Shown here in pieces: positions 27,182 through 40,790 of a stretch of 64,000 bases of DNA. The notes beneath the pieces were generated by a model. That model saw only the letters and a program-made list of their open reading frames with translations, was not told where the DNA came from and ran no database searches. Each line of letters starts with the position of its first letter. Position 1 is the stretch's first letter. This stretch comes from Hormiphora californensis (Eukaryota; Animalia; Ctenophora). Both the position numbers and the translations under genes were made by a program. Location of the stretch: positions 4,960,001 through 5,024,000 of the forward strand of contig CM035353.1 of NCBI GenBank assembly GCA_020137815.1, read 5' to 3'.

Positions 27182-27428
27182 CAGGCATGTAGGGGAAGTT
27201 TTGAAAGTGGTGGGGCCAAATTTTTTTGGTCACGTGATATGACTTTTCTATTGAAAATTTGAATAGATCGGGCGAAGCGACAGCGGAGCCCGAGAAAATT
27301 TTTAGGTTTTTAGGCCAAAAAGTCATAGTTTTTGTCTAATCGTGAAAAGTACTGGGGCCATTTCCTGAAAAGTACTGGGGCCATGGCGTACCCTGCCCCC
27401 CCCCCCCCCTTCCCCTACTGCATGCGTG
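27182..27428. mobile_element. hAT-like MITE inserted in a 22-bp minisatellite
   Basis: Imperfect TIRs caggcatgtag / ctgcatgcgtg, 8-bp TSD ccccatac. The host repeat ggtaaccccatacacacgtctt occupies 27079-27181. Confidence 0.75.
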
Positions 27429-27738
27429 CCCCATACACACATTTTTCTCAATCTTCAACCGTTTTGCTGTAATTGCGAAAACCAGATCCTTTAAAAAGAG
27501 CAAAAGATGAGTTCCGATAGCCTGCTTCGGGCTGTTTTTCCACCTTCTTGCTAAATCCTTTTTCGCAGGATGAGAGGTTAACCTCTTTCTTATTGTTAAT
27601 TCTCTCTCTCTCTCTCTCTCTCCTCTCGCGAGCCCGCTCAGAGCTATGCTCTATACCTCTTCTCTCTCCCCTCTCATCTCTCCCCGTCTCTCTCTCTCCT
27701 ACTCTTCTCTCTCTCTCTCTCTCTCTTTATCCCTCGCT

Positions 27739-27802
<64 letters not shown>

Positions 27803-29667
27803 CATCTTTCTATAAAGAAAGATTGTGCATTGCTAATGGGAAAAGGAAGATTATCATAGAGGGTATTGTTAATAATCGGTACGCCTCGAACACCCACCCC
27901 TCCTCTAACCACCACCGTGGACTGTGGCAGAGGCGAGGAAAAAAAGAGAGAAAGATTATGCATTGCTAATGGGGAAAAGGAAGATGATCATAGAGGGTAT
28001 TGTTAATAATCGGTACGCCTCGAACACCCACCCCTCCTCTAACCACCACCGTGGACTGTGGTAGAGGCGAGGAAAGAGAGAGCTGCTTAAAGAGGGAGAG
28101 AGCGAGAGGGATACCTTGGAGGGAGAGCCGAGAGGGGGTACCTTGGGAGAGAGCGAGGGAGAGGAAGTGAGAGCCGAGAGGGGAAGAAATATAGGGCTCA
28201 GAGAGTGAGAGAGAGGTAGTTTCTTTCCAAGAATACTGAATAGCAGCTATCACGCGGTCTGATAATGGGAACACGTACAAACGCGTATATAACACTGCTA
28301 CGCAAGAGCTCAATCTCAACAACTATTTCCAGCAGCAGAATCTTCACTTGAACTGAACTTCTCAGCAGCCCCTTGAATTGAAATCAATGTCACCTTTCGT
28401 TCAATAAAATCGGATCGTTCATTGTTTTTCATATTATATTGTAAAACTCGTACAACCTCATGGCCAAATGAATATCATTTATAGATCCTAAAAAACTGAT
28501 CAGTTTTTTAGGAGCTACCTAATAAATAGTATTTATTTGGTGACATTGACACCTAGTGCGTGCGAGATCGAGCGGGGGTCGCGCCAGGTGTCTATGTTAC
28601 CAACCTATTTATTTGGCTCATCAATGAGCATAAAAAACTGATGAGTGACTCTCAAACGTCTCCACTCATCTATATCCCCCGCAGCCAGTAGTATAGTACT
28701 TTAGGTCGTTCGCACCGTGGTGCCACAGTTTGGCACTTGCTGTGTATCGCCAAAATGGCGCCACATTGACACCAAAATGGCGCCATTGTGGCGAATATTG
28801 AATGTCACCGTACTCTCTTTTCGGCAGATTTTTGCTCCATGACAGCTGGCGTTTTTCATTATCGTTTGCCCAACCAAATGGCTTCACCAGGGTTTGGGCC
28901 GTACAAAATGGACCTCAAATATGCAAGGATAGCAAGGATTCATATTTTTGGCTTTGCTACAGCCGATTTTACAAGTTGCGAAATATCGATTTTTTTAGGT
29001 ATTTTTGACCTCAGGACCACATTTTTGAGAAGCATGAAATTCTGGGAATATGTATGTATAAAGCTTTCCTGCCAATGATGTAGTGTACAGAGCTTGTTTT
29101 GTGAAACCAGCTTTTGTGAAAGATATAGAAATTCCATGTATCTCAAAAATGGCTGATTGTAGAGACCTGCCAACTCGATGCAGGTTTTGCAATATAAATC
29201 TTAGACATTTTATTTGTACCATACATAGTGTGTACCGTAATAGCAGTTTATTTAACACCCTCTTTTATTAAGCTAAATGTCAGTGTGGAAAATAATACGT
29301 CTCATTCTCTTTAGAGCTGCCTTGTGTGGAACAGTTGTTCTCACAGGTTCGTCAAATAATATCACGTAACAAATAAATATTTGATGCTTTTTACTTTTAT
29401 TTTGGGATCAGAGCACCCGCAACTAATCATTGATACTGAGAACGCTCATATATCAGCTGGTAGGAGGAATTAAATTCAATAATCAATGCTCTTGTGCTAA
29501 CAGGTAAAATTTAGTTTAGTTTTAAGTTTGTAAAATTTGTGGTAAATTTATTCACCCGGAGCCGTTCACTAGAGCCGTTCACACAAAAACAAACAGGAAA
29601 TGTGTGGCGCGCAATGCCGCAATGTAGCGTGCAATGTGGCGTGCAATGTGGGTAAGACTAAGCCGAA

Positions 29668-30254
29668 GCTGAAGCGGTAAATACTCACTCGGTTCTTCAC
29701 ATTTTTTGGACATTCTTGACCATAACTCAGCCATTTCTTGACCAATTTGCAAAATCTTGGGCTCATTGGAAAGAGGACATTGAGATCTTTTAAATAAATA
29801 AGGAACCATAATAAAGTTCAAGAGCCTCCAAGAGCGCACCAAAATCAAGAGAGACCAAAGTCAAGAGCACATCACAATTAAGAGAGACCAAATTCAAGAG
29901 CGCACCACATCTGGTATCTTTTGGATAGGGAGCTCACTTGGATGAGGTGCGCTCTTGATTTGGTCTCTCTTGATTGTGGTGCGCTCTTGATTTGGTCTCT
30001 CTTGATTGTGGTGCGCTCTTGATTTTGGTCTCTCTTGATTGTGGTGCGCTCTTGAACTTTATTATGGTTCCTTATGAGCCACCACGCCGCACAATTTGCG
30101 CCGATTTTCATTTTCTTAAGATCATTTGAAAGATCTCAATGTCCTCTTTCCAATGAGCCCAAGATTTTGCAAATTGGTCAAGAAATGGCTGAGTTATGGC
30201 CAAAAGCGTCCAAAAAATGTGAAGAACCGGCCGAGTGAGTATTTACCGCTAACC
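29668..30254. mobile_element. MULE-related MITE with internal atcaagagagaccaa/agagcgcacc repeats
   Basis: Inverted arms gcggtaaatactcactcgg...ttcttcacatttt share sequence with the 372-bp MULE MITE. An inverted partner starts near 63620. Confidence 0.7.
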
Positions 30255-30381
30255 TGCAATGTGACGTGCAACTTAGTGCTACTAAAACACAACGATTTGT
30301 TCTAAACAGTTTTAGTGACAAATAAATTTAGAAATGTCTGTCCATTGTCCCGCCTTCACATTAGATGGTTATGAAAATAAA

Positions 30382-30753
30382 GGTAGGCGGTAAATGTTAA
30401 CCAGATCTGAGAGAAAACGTACGTGCAAAACCACGTTTTTGTCCATAACTCAGTCATTTCTTGACCAATTTGCTAAATCTTGGGCGCGTTGGAAAGAGGA
30501 CATTGAGCTCTTTCAAATGAGCCCAAAAAAACTAAAATCGGCGCAAAATGCGCGGCGTCATGGCGCAAAATGCGCGTTTTCGCCACCACGCCGCGCAATT
30601 TTCGCCAATTTTCATTTTCTTGAGCTCATTTGAGAGATCTCAATGTCCTCTTTCCAATGAGCCAAAGATTTTGCAAATTGGTCAAGAAATGGCTGAGTTA
30701 TGGGCAAAAACGTGCGAAATTCTCACAGATCTGGTTAACATTTACCGCCTACC
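30382..30753. mobile_element. Mutator-type MITE (372 bp) with 9-bp TSD, absent from the inverted partner
   Basis: TSD gaaaataaa at 30373-30381 and 30754-30762. Empty site near 63495 (cctttattttcataacc). Confidence 0.92.
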
Positions 30754-30822
30754 GAAAATAAAGGTTGACGGGGAAACATAGCATTATGAAACTCTTGATT
30801 GCTTGTTTATTTTTAGTGGTTA

Positions 30823-32229
30823 CCGTAAGTTGGGGTAACTTTGGGGTAACTTTGGGGTAACTTTGTACCACTTTTTAGCATTCTCCTAAAATAACTCCTT
30901 GCCAGAACCACACTCGAAAATTTTTGAACCAAATAATCCCGTTCCAGACCTTCACCTAGTACACCAGATATAACTAGTGAAATTTTTGGTCCCCTCTCAT
31001 TTAATTACATTAATTAACGTGTATTTTAGTGTAAGTGGGGTTTTAGGGCATGGGGTAACTTTGGAATGAGGGTGGGGTAACTTTGGACACCCGTCCAAAG
31101 TTACCCCACGATAGTAATATTGGAACAAACATAAATCCAAACATTTTGCAATGATAAATAAATGAACCTAAAATGTTTAAATGGGGTTTAAATGTGTCAA
31201 TGAGTTAAAAAAGAACCATAGGGTTAGCCAAACGCCCCATGATTTTAAAAAATCAACTTTTTCGGGTGTAAGGAATGATGAAAACTAGCCACCAAATAAA
31301 ATTTCAGCTCAATCGGACTTGATTTAGAGGTTGCCACATGCGACCTGAAAACCATCAAACTTCAGTAATTTGGGGTCCCTCATCCATCCTGTAGATTGGT
31401 AGATGGTATTGGCCCTCTAGGCGAGTGTGTTTTAGTTCTTTTGCTGATTGGATAGCCAGGAATAGGGTCTACTTAGGGTAGTGGCTAAATAAAGGAGTTT
31501 CGGTACCTGTGCTCCTGATAGATTGTCTACAAGAACTAGAACACCGCCTAGAGATCCAATACCATATAACAAGCTACAGGATGATGAGGAACCCCAAATT
31601 ATTGAAGTTTGATGGGTTTCAGCCAGATTTCTGTGATTTAGCTCCATAAACTAGTCCAAATCCTAGTTTTTTCACAACATATCGAATAGATGGATGGAAA
31701 TGGGCGTGGAGTGGGCTGAATCTTGGTTATATGGCCCAAACAATTCAGAGAGGGTCAAGGCAACTGTACAGACATCAAAAGTTGAAAACCTATAGTGTGG
31801 GGTAACTTTGGCACCCCGTCCAAAGTTACCATAATTCAAAAATGGTGGGGTAACATTAGCCACCCCTATAGTCTCAAAAAGTAATTGATCGGGGTTGAAA
31901 AATGGTGCCCCGAATTATTTGATCGAAACCCTTCCACTCTATGGAGCAAACTTGATTCGGTCATTAGCCCGGTCAAATCTATGGTACCCATTTTGATTTG
32001 AACATTTTTAGCGATTTTGACATCAATTATGTTTGCCCCTAATTAGGAGCTAATAGCATAGAATTAAAAAAATAGTTGTACTGTTAGATAGACATTTGTG
32101 GGTCAATTACTTGTACACCCAAAAATTATGCCAAATCGTCGTTATCTGTTGGTAATTTGGACTAAAGCCAAATTTTGAAAGTGTCCAAAGTTACCCTGCA
32201 AAACAAAGTACCCAGAATCCAGATTACGG
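30823..32229. mobile_element. Non-autonomous pogo/Tc1-like element (ccgtaa.ttggggtaactttg TIRs)
   Basis: TA|ccgtaagttggggtaactttg, internal ggggtaactttgg repeats. The partner at 58469-63432 shows both TIRs with TA flanks. Confidence 0.75.
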
Positions 32230-32258
32230 GACTGGTTAGTATATTTATTGTATTTCAG

Positions 32259-33057
32259 ACTGGAAAGCTATACAGCGGAGTGTGAATACACCATGGGACC
32301 TCGAAGGAAGAACTCCTCTCAGATAAAGACGGACTCTACACTGGGTAGTGGTGAGATAATCTGGGTAAAGTTGTACAAGGAGAGCAGCGCGATGGCTACT
32401 TTCAAGGTAAAGTTCTCCTCCACAAGCAGTGTGAGATAGGCTGGTGTAACAGCAGCTACAACGGACCTGCCAGTACAACCCTCGGTGGAGGGGATAAGAC
32501 CTGGGCAATCACCAAAAACAGAGACCGCCCCATCATCACATGTAACAATGTGGAGGTGCTGAACTACCTGTTCGCAGATGTTCAGATAGCAACTGTGTTA
32601 CCAGGTGGGGTGGTGATGTTGTGGAGAAGATCAAGTTTAGCCCTTCTGACACAGCATCTGACTTCTACAGAGCAGGTTAGGGTCTCAATTTAATTCGAAA
32701 CGCTTCTATGCACATCACAGTGGGTTTAGTGTTATATCACAAAAGCTGGTTCAACTACAAATACAATGAACTACAACGTTTACCCAAGCTTTCCATAACA
32801 TATTACCTGTAATTATAATATCACCTGTAAATTACAATGAACTCATACTCATTACTATTTCCATTCCATATCAGTTGCGTGTTCTACTTTTACGTTGATG
32901 GATCGACACAAGGAAGTTGGCCTGCCTCATCAACAGGGACAACTGCACCATCGAATGTGCTGCCTCCCATATCCTAACGGAAGTGCAACTCTGACTTGTC
33001 AGGATGGTGGATCGTGGTCAACTGATATACCGCAGTGTGTCATTGTCAATAAAATTG
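32259..33057 (+). pseudogene. Indel-ridden copy of the modular-domain exon plus Sushi/CCP exon
   Basis: Inverted homologue of 58439-57637 with several 1-2 bp indels. Homology breaks inside the downstream donor (GTAtcg versus GTAAGT). Confidence 0.75.
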
Positions 33058-34350
33058 GTATCGCAGTGATTGGGGTGTCGAATTTTGAAGGCGAGCGCAA
33101 AAGCGCAAAATGCTCAGAGCTCTAATCTCTAATACCTACAATTAACTTGTCCAATTCGGATTCGGTCTTCTCTCACTTTAACGAAACACGGATTAAAATA
33201 TTTTTTCGCATACAAACTAGTCTTGAGTCTTGACTAGCGCTGACAATGGAAAATGATCACTATAGAGAAAACATGTTTGATCCTGACAGCCAACCGTACT
33301 TACGGTCAGGGTTCACACCAAATGCTCTATGTGTGTTCCGAGCAGTTCCTTGGTGCTTTAATCTGTTCCTAGTGTTCCTAGTCTGTTACTCATCGTTATC
33401 GGGTGTTTCTTGCTTGTTTCACACATCGCATTGAAATTTGAAGGGAGTTGTTTGATGGGGGGAATCGAACGACAACCGGTTACTAAATCATAAGAACTTC
33501 CTGGGAAAAGCGTTACATTAAAAATGGGTTCATATAAATCACGCTACAAGAAGAGTCACACTTACAAAGAAAATCTAATCAGTATCACAAAGCACATGGT
33601 ATAAAGTTTGTTAAATAAACTGAGCTCCCGAAATAATAATGAATGAGCGCCAGAGAAAATGTCACAGATTCCAGATAAGAGGTCTGCACACACTCTAGCA
33701 ATGCTGATATATGTCGCGCCGTCCCTTCTGCCCTGACCTCCGCGCGTTCCTTCCAGACTGAAGGTTCACTTCAGCATGAGGCTCACAGTTTCTACTGTTG
33801 GGCCAACAGTAGAAACTGGCCTGTACTTCTTCCTTCTGACATGTACACAGTTGAGAGCTCGTGAGTTGACTGTTGAGGCTAGATAAGTTGAAAGCTAGAT
33901 AGGATTATAATATAGTTGCTAAAGTGTTGTGGTTGAGGGTATGAGCTATCTGAAAATAATAACATTTAACATATTATATTTAACATAATATATATTGATC
34001 ATCAATTTTATGGAGTATCGACAGCTAGATAGTACGAAAGTGTGTCATAACCAACCTCCTCTTCCTCCTTTTTTTGCTAATTCCGCAGCATATGAAACAA
34101 TTGTTCTTAGCATGGCCTTAATCTGCGTCCCTATCAAGCTCACAGTGGGGTTTAGCATCTGTCTCATTATAATGCCCGAATACCCTCGCTCCTCCGACTC
34201 TCTCTCTCTGTTCTGCTTGAGCAATTCATTTTACAACTATATTATTACATTACATTTATAATGAAGTAAAACTAAATCAAATCAAATCAAAATCGCTTCT
34301 ATAACTATAACTCTGATATTTTCAACAACCAACAAATTGAAACAAGTAGG

Positions 34351-34396
34351 TTTTACCAAACAATTGTTTCGATCCAGATGGATCTCATTCGTAAAA
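34351..34396 (-). ncRNA. Degenerate hammerhead-like motif
   Basis: Minus strand reads ttttac gaATGA gatcc-atct-ggatc GAAAC aatt GTT tggtaaaa. Stems and GAAAC are intact but the CUGA part is damaged. Confidence 0.45.
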
Positions 34397-34469
34397 TCGT
34401 CTGTTATTGTTGTATGACATTTATGTTTGCGAATGCCATTTCCTCAATACCTTGTTATTCTTCTCTTAC

Positions 34470-34900
34470 TAACGTCATCGTTGTTCTTGATCTTTTTTAA
34501 AAGTTCGCCTGACGTTAGCCTTTCGAGCCCATGCTTATTTCAAAGGGCACCATAATATATATACTTTGGGAGATTTTACGGCGCATTTGTTCACCAGCAA
34601 GGTAAAGACATACTAGAGATTATGTCTAAAACGAGCGTCTGCAGAGAGCAACCGGGTTTTGCCATATTGAGCTGGACTGCATTTCATGTCTTGAGTTTTA
34701 TCCTTATACAAGCTCCCTAGTGTAGGCCATGGTAGAAATGTTCCGGAAATAATAAAAGCTCCAACCGTTTTACAGAGTTTTTAAGAGTCCAGAATTGCAT
34801 CCAAGTTTGAGAATGTGATTTCCTCAATACGGTTCTGAAAGTCCTCAGGACCAAGTTCCTTATTAGCTTTTCTTGGTTTCATTGTTCACACCAGTGGTGT
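34470..34900 (-). mobile_element. Helitron/Helentron RepHel N-terminal fragment, decayed
   Basis: LELLLFPEHF..G then SPAQYGKTRLLSADARFRHNL*YVF, similar to the E.L.FP.LF..G...S..Y...RL...D.RF....Y.F motif upstream of the Rep domain. Confidence 0.6.
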
Positions 34901-36317
34901 TGGCGGGTGTGACATGACATTGAAGACGCTCATTTAGACGTTTCGTCTGTACGGCCATTATCAATAATGCTCAAAATTAAAGACAGTATCTTACAGTTAA
35001 GACATTACCGTAATAATTGAGTCGTGGTTACACTTCATACTCGATTGCTTCCACTCCTCCTGAGGTTGGGGTACGTTAACCTGGTCTTGTGCAGGTGCTC
35101 CATACATGACCCGATTGTTTCTGCCACTGCTTCAGAGGATGCCACTGCCATTAGTTTTGTCAGCACTTCCCGCACACTCGCTGACGCTCTGGAGGAGTCT
35201 CTGACAATGGTCTGGATCCTCCTGTCCAACGGGACCCAACCGGAAACTTTTTTATCTCCTCTTTCAAACAGAGCAAACTTTGCAGCCGTAAGGTACTGTC
35301 CGTTAGCTTCTGTAGGCTGTCCAGGCACCCCGTACGTTGGAATGGTGGGCTGCAGGAGGGAGTTGGGGCGAAACCCAAGTCCTCTGGTTCCACTCCTCTT
35401 GATGGTGAGGTCGGGGTACGTTGGGGTGGTGGGCTACGGGAGGGAGTGGTGTCACCCAGGTCCCCTGTCTCTAATCTATCTCCAATCGTATATATATAAT
35501 GTATATTTCCATTTCCAGTTAGTTATCGTGGAAAAATTAGAACGTTATATTATATACAATTGAATAAAATATGTTAATAAATAAACTAGTCTTTCTCCGT
35601 TTCGATTTCCAGAAAGTTACTGAGTAAGTATAAAGTGCTTTTGAATCGTCCTTTCGCTTTCAAACTGGTATCGGTAGCTGGTATCGGTAACTGGTATCTT
35701 TCTCCCAGGAGATGCGGGCCAGATATTGATGGTAACCATCGTCTCCGAGTTGGCTGCGAAGTCTTGTTTAGTAAAAAGTAAAATACATAGTTTTGGCATA
35801 TATTGCACTTACATCAACTTTGGGAGAACGTTAACAACTAGCCCAAGAAAGACTATACATGCCAGAATCGAGACAACAATGTCTTTCTCCTCCTTGGGGG
35901 CTTTCTCCTCCTTGGGTGTCTCTAGAAAGAAGATATTGATGGTAACCATCGTCTCCAAGCCGTACAGATATGAGCTGATCCGGACTCTTGGCATCCATGT
36001 TCAGTACCGGTTTCCTGTACTTCATAGCTGTTGGGTTCCTCCTGACCGACGTATTACCTAAAAGTAACTAAGTTCAGGTCACTTATTCACTGTCTAAGGG
36101 TTAAATTCAAGTTAAAAATGTGTTAAACAAAATGAAGATCTCTGCATTCAACTTCAAGTAAAACTTTCACAGAGTTTCTCAGCCAAGGTTTCTTCTCGTC
36201 ATGTTATGATACACTGTGAACTAAAAATTTTATTAATTAAGTTAAGTGAGGTTAAGTGTCGGGGGGGTGTTCAGATCTCAAGTCAGAAACACCGAAGTCC
36301 TATCCTTCATACATTAC

Positions 36318-36664
36318 ATGCCCAGAAAATGTAGTACTTCACAGAGATCTACAATATTCAGGTCACTTCGGAGCATCTGAAAAGAAAAAAGAGTGTTAAT
36401 TCCATCGAGAAACTCAGATAAATGTATAACCCCATGCGTCTACCAACGAAATGATTATAATAGCTGACATATTATAGACAGGGAAATAAAACTCACAGCC
36501 AATGCCTCCTCCGCGGCTTCGCATGGAGTAAGGAACATGTAGGCTCCCCGCCAACTCACGAAAACTCGAATTGCTATCCCATCGCAGCTAGCACACCATG
36601 TCCAATTTACTATTCTGTTAATATCGATGAAATCCTCCATAGTTAGCTGGCAATCACAGGTCAT
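36318..36664 (-). CDS. Small Cys-rich spliced protein, paralog 1 (exon 36664-36497 plus a short terminal exon)
   Basis: MTCDCQL...WCASCDGIAIRVFVSWRGAYMFLTPCEAAEEALA followed by GTGAGT. The next exon after ttttcag reads MLRSDLNIVDLCEVLHFLGM*. Confidence 0.55.
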
Positions 36665-37216
36665 GGTTGTTGCTGTAAGAAGGGATAAAACACAACAAGA
36701 AAAACCATTCTCATACCAAACAAAGGTTCCCTTGCAGTTACATGTTATATTTGATCACCTTCCATGTGCCTGGTGAGGTACCCTTGAGGTGTTAAAATCC
36801 TAAATATATTTATCACTAGTCAAACTCAAAAAGTAACTAAACAATTCAATACACTAAGAAACAGAAAGCTCCCATCTAACTATCAATATGTAAATATCAT
36901 AAAACAGCTGTGTAAATCAAAAGATGAAAAAAAATGTGGTGCCAATCAAAAGATGGACAAAAATTGAAAAATGTAAATAAAATGAAGATGTGATTCAAAA
37001 GAAAGAAGACGAAAACTAAATAAAAACATGTAAATAAATATGATGGCAAGCTCTTTTCATTGACAATTTAAGTTACATTGTAAAGTTACAACAGTTTGGA
37101 AAGTGATTTAATATCGGTCTATGGAACGAAAATAAGAATGTTAAAAGAAGATGAAAAAGAAGATGAAAAAGGATGAATAAGACAAAGATAAAATTCTAGA
37201 CCCAGCAATGAACACG

Positions 37217-37278
<62 letters not shown>

Positions 37279-37940
37279 ACCACAAGTCTAGCGGTGGGTG
37301 TGATATCGGTAATTTGGTCTCTTTCCAAATAGAGAGTCTATCGGTGGGTGGCCTGGTATCGGTAATTTCTTCTACGGAGTCCTTGCCTTGAGACTGCGCA
37401 ACCCGCATAGAGTTTTCCTCTCGTCTCCTCAGCTGTGCTATGAGTCGTCGGATGAGCGCATCCAGTTTCTCCAGAGAAACACACAAATGTATACAATAGA
37501 ATACAAGAAAGAACATAATGATATACAAGAAACAATCACAATACGGGTTTGGACAGACATATTTGTTGGGTAGGGGTTCCTAATTAGTATTCTGAAAGAG
37601 GTGGCGAGGGTAAAGAAAGGGCGGAGGGATTGTAGTGTAAACTGTAAAGTTAAACTAAGATTAATAGTACACAATTCTAGAATGTATTCATTTCATCCAT
37701 TAGTCAACTGTAATCTTATCATTTCAACAGAATTAACCCTTATTATTTGTTACTAAGTATGTCATTTCGTCTGCTATTAAAGTTTAATGACTGAAAAGAA
37801 CTCTCAAACTTCGAAACTCTATTGAATCACTTACATACTGAAGTATGTAGGTGCTTCCTCGTCTGTACTGTACTCCCTGTCTGTTTCAGATGCGTATACA
37901 TCCAACAGGGAGCAAGCCTCACTGTCATCATCCTCGTCTT

Positions 37941-38456
37941 CATAATAATAATTCAGTAATATACCCAGTGTATAGTCCATTGGCATCTGGAAACCGCTTA
38001 CGAATCGCAATAACTGCACACCTTAGCAATGGAAGTCTGCCTTTTCCTTGTTGGCAGCAATATGCGACCATCCAGCGATAAGCAGTGTGGCGCATCAGTC
38101 TTTTCCACTCATTAGTGGGCTTTTTTGGGCATTTTTTACTTGTCGAGTAGAACAGCGGTTATCTCTAATCCTTCTTCATGTCTGAGAATCCTGAGAAATT
38201 CTGTATTCTTCGAAAGAGACTTACCTTCCGCACTTTCCAGTATCCAAATCTTTTACAACATACTTTTCGGAGATTGAAAGTTCTGCTGTCACGTGGCTGT
38301 AGCACATTCCAGTACCCCACAAATACAATCAATTTCATGGGGGCTGTAGTCTTCTTTGAGTATCTTCAGCTATGTTGGCATCACCTTCTCGCGTTGAACT
38401 CACAATTCACATCCCCCTTTTTGGATCATTTTTGCAATTGAACTGACTCGGCCATA
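37941..38456 (-). pseudogene. KolX / P2X7-ballast-like (Nanor-like) domain gene, decayed
   Basis: Minus strand gives DCICG...RKVCCK, a GTAAGT intron, then MRHTAYRWMVAYCCQQGKGRLPLLRCAVIAIRKRFPDANGLYTGY, matching R.AYR....G.R..P.C.V..IR..FP...G.Y.G. Confidence 0.7.
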
Positions 38457-39582
38457 TTAATGAAACTAGGAATTAGTTGACAGGCAAACATTAGCTCGCA
38501 AGTCTTGTAAATAAATAATAATTCTATGTTATATGATCAATCTTCTCCTCCCCTTAAATATTTAAATCAGTGTCAACCATATCCATACCGACGTTAACCG
38601 TTCGCGTGGAGATGATTATTACACAGCAAGCTTTTTATAGTATCTTATGGTAGCTGCGTTCGAAATTTGAATCAATTTCGCAATGATATAGGTCCAACAC
38701 TTTGAGTGTTCTAACAGCAATGTAACATATATGGTAGTAGTACGCTCCACACCTTTCCCTGAAAGAAGATAATTATTGTTTGATATGAATTTATAACAAC
38801 TGTCAGCGCTATTCCCGGTGTCCCAAATAGAGGAATACGGGAACGCCGCTATAACATTCGCAGCAATTCATGGTTGGCAACTGATGGGAATAAACTTAAT
38901 TTCATAGTACATTTCTCACACAAATCTCACCAATTGTTTTCTATATTTCTTCTGATAGATGCGGGAACTGTTGCTACTCACTATACCTTCCAGGCATCAT
39001 CCTCTAAGAATTCTCATTCCCCTCGAGGACTCCCAGTTTAGCACCGCAGTAGGCTATTTTTGCTCCTGATATCTCATTAAACTCATCTATCAGGTCAGCA
39101 ACCAAGGTGTAGAACCACCTGGTTTCGCAGCTCAGATTTGGTAATTAGGAAGAACTTATTTAGTATAGTTGTAGTGGCTAGTGCATTATATTGGTAATAT
39201 CATTCTCTTTTTCGAAATATTGTTATTCTCATTTTAATCTTCGACCGATAGACGGCGGTGCATTCTATTGTCCTCTCGTGTTATAGCTAAGCTTATCATT
39301 TACCAATAGAGGTCACCGGATATGTATCTTATTTCTATTACCTATAATCTTCATTTTTTAATGTTAATATATTAAATTGTTTCATCTCACTACTTATCAG
39401 CAGAAGGTCTTTGTTAGACATGGTAGCAATAAATGGTAGGATTGCCAATGTTGTTGGCACAAGGCTAACTGATGATAGACCACTTCCCTCGTAAGAAGTC
39501 CAGCCTTTCGTCATGCAAACCTCTTGGTGTGCAACTTGAACTCCTCTTGATTTTAGTTTTCTGTCTAAACTATCCAATGATG

Positions 39583-39823
39583 TTGTTAGGTGCTGTTGAC
39601 TATCTATATACGAATATAATGAGAAATAGTATGTAAATAATATAAATGACAAACTTACATTCAATGCGAGGCGTGCAACTTCACATGACGTGAGGAATGA
39701 AAATTCCTCACGCCATGGTATGAATACGTGTACGGCTACGTTATCGCAATATGCAGGCCAGTAGCATATGGCGTTTATGTTGATTAGCTCTCCAACACTA
39801 AGGAAACAGTTGCAACACTCCAT
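39583..39823 (-). CDS. Small Cys-rich spliced protein, paralog 2 (exon 39823-39659)
   Basis: MECCNCFLSVGELININAICYWPAYCDNVAVHVFIPWREEFSFLTSCEVARLALN followed by GTAAGT. Confidence 0.6.
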
Positions 39824-40499
39824 GGTTGGTTACTGATGGCCATGAGGGGTGCTTTTATATTACCTTTCTCACGCAAATCTTACCAATTGTTTTCTATATT
39901 TCTCCTTCATTCAATCAAAAAATCCTAGCTATAGTCCTCTTTCGATTAGAAATCCAATCAGGCCAGAACGTTATCGAAAAGCTCCCAAACATTGAGAAAA
40001 CAATTGCAGAAATTCATGCCCAGTGTCCCGATCTCTGGAATATGAAGGAAAGATAAATGCAAAAATTCTGCAGCAAAACAAAATCCTTGCAGCAAAATGA
40101 AAAAATATTGGGGACTGCAGCAGCAGCTGCTGCAGCAGCAGAAGATATTTCCCATACTTACACACAGAGATACAGCAGTGCTGCAGTGTTAACAGTGTGT
40201 AACAGAGAGATATAATATGTTGGGGCATGTTCCAGTTGTGCGTAATGCACCGACAACAGTCGAGTAAGGGGAAGGGGAAAGAAAGAGAGATTCATACTTT
40301 AACATAGCTCTCTTTTTTCCCCACAGCTTTACAAAGGGGTGAGATCGTTATAGTCACTGTTGCAGTACCTGAGTGGAATTTTCTCGGATTTTCCATCTCT
40401 GCAGTCGCTGCAGCACTGCAGCAGGGAAGGGAAGAAAAGAGAGATTCATACTTTAACATAGCTCTCTTTTTTCCCCATAGCTTTACAAAGGGGTGAGAT

Positions 40500-40790
40500 C
40501 GTTATAGTCACTGTTGCAGTCCCTGAGTGGAATATTCCAAGGAATTTCCACTGCTGCAGCAGCACTGCAGCAGGCACTGCAAAGATGGAATATTCCAAGG
40601 AACTTCCACTACTGCAGCAGCACTGCAGCAGGCACTGCAAAGATGGAATATTCCAAGGAATTTCCACTACTGCAGCAGCACTGCAGCAGGCACTGCAAAG
40701 ATGGAATATTCCAAGGAATTTCCACTGCTGCAGCAGCACTGCAGCAGGCACTGCAAAGATGGAATATTCCCAGGAATATTCCAACCTTAT
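40500..40790. repeat. 58-bp minisatellite, about 4.5 copies
   Basis: ggaatattccaaggaatttccactgctgcagcagcactgcagcaggcactgcaaagat repeated head to tail. Confidence 0.95.

Larger units (their letters stand above)
29870..33060. repeat. Left arm of a large inverted duplication (partner 57634-64000, running off the window)
   Basis: Base 64000 pairs with 29870 (catcacaattaagagagacc). Homology ends at aaaattggta (33060 / 57634). Confidence 0.92.

Noticed and set aside
28638-28660. ctgatgagtgactctcaaacgtc as a hammerhead
   Set aside because: Lacks the G of GAAA and has no stem I.
28713-29232. Transib-like element (caccgtg ... catagtg)
   Set aside because: The ends do not form matching TIRs and no TSD is visible.
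35024-35563. 179-aa plus-strand ORF
   Set aside because: Non-ATG start, no recognisable motif, and an overlapping antisense frame is equally plausible.
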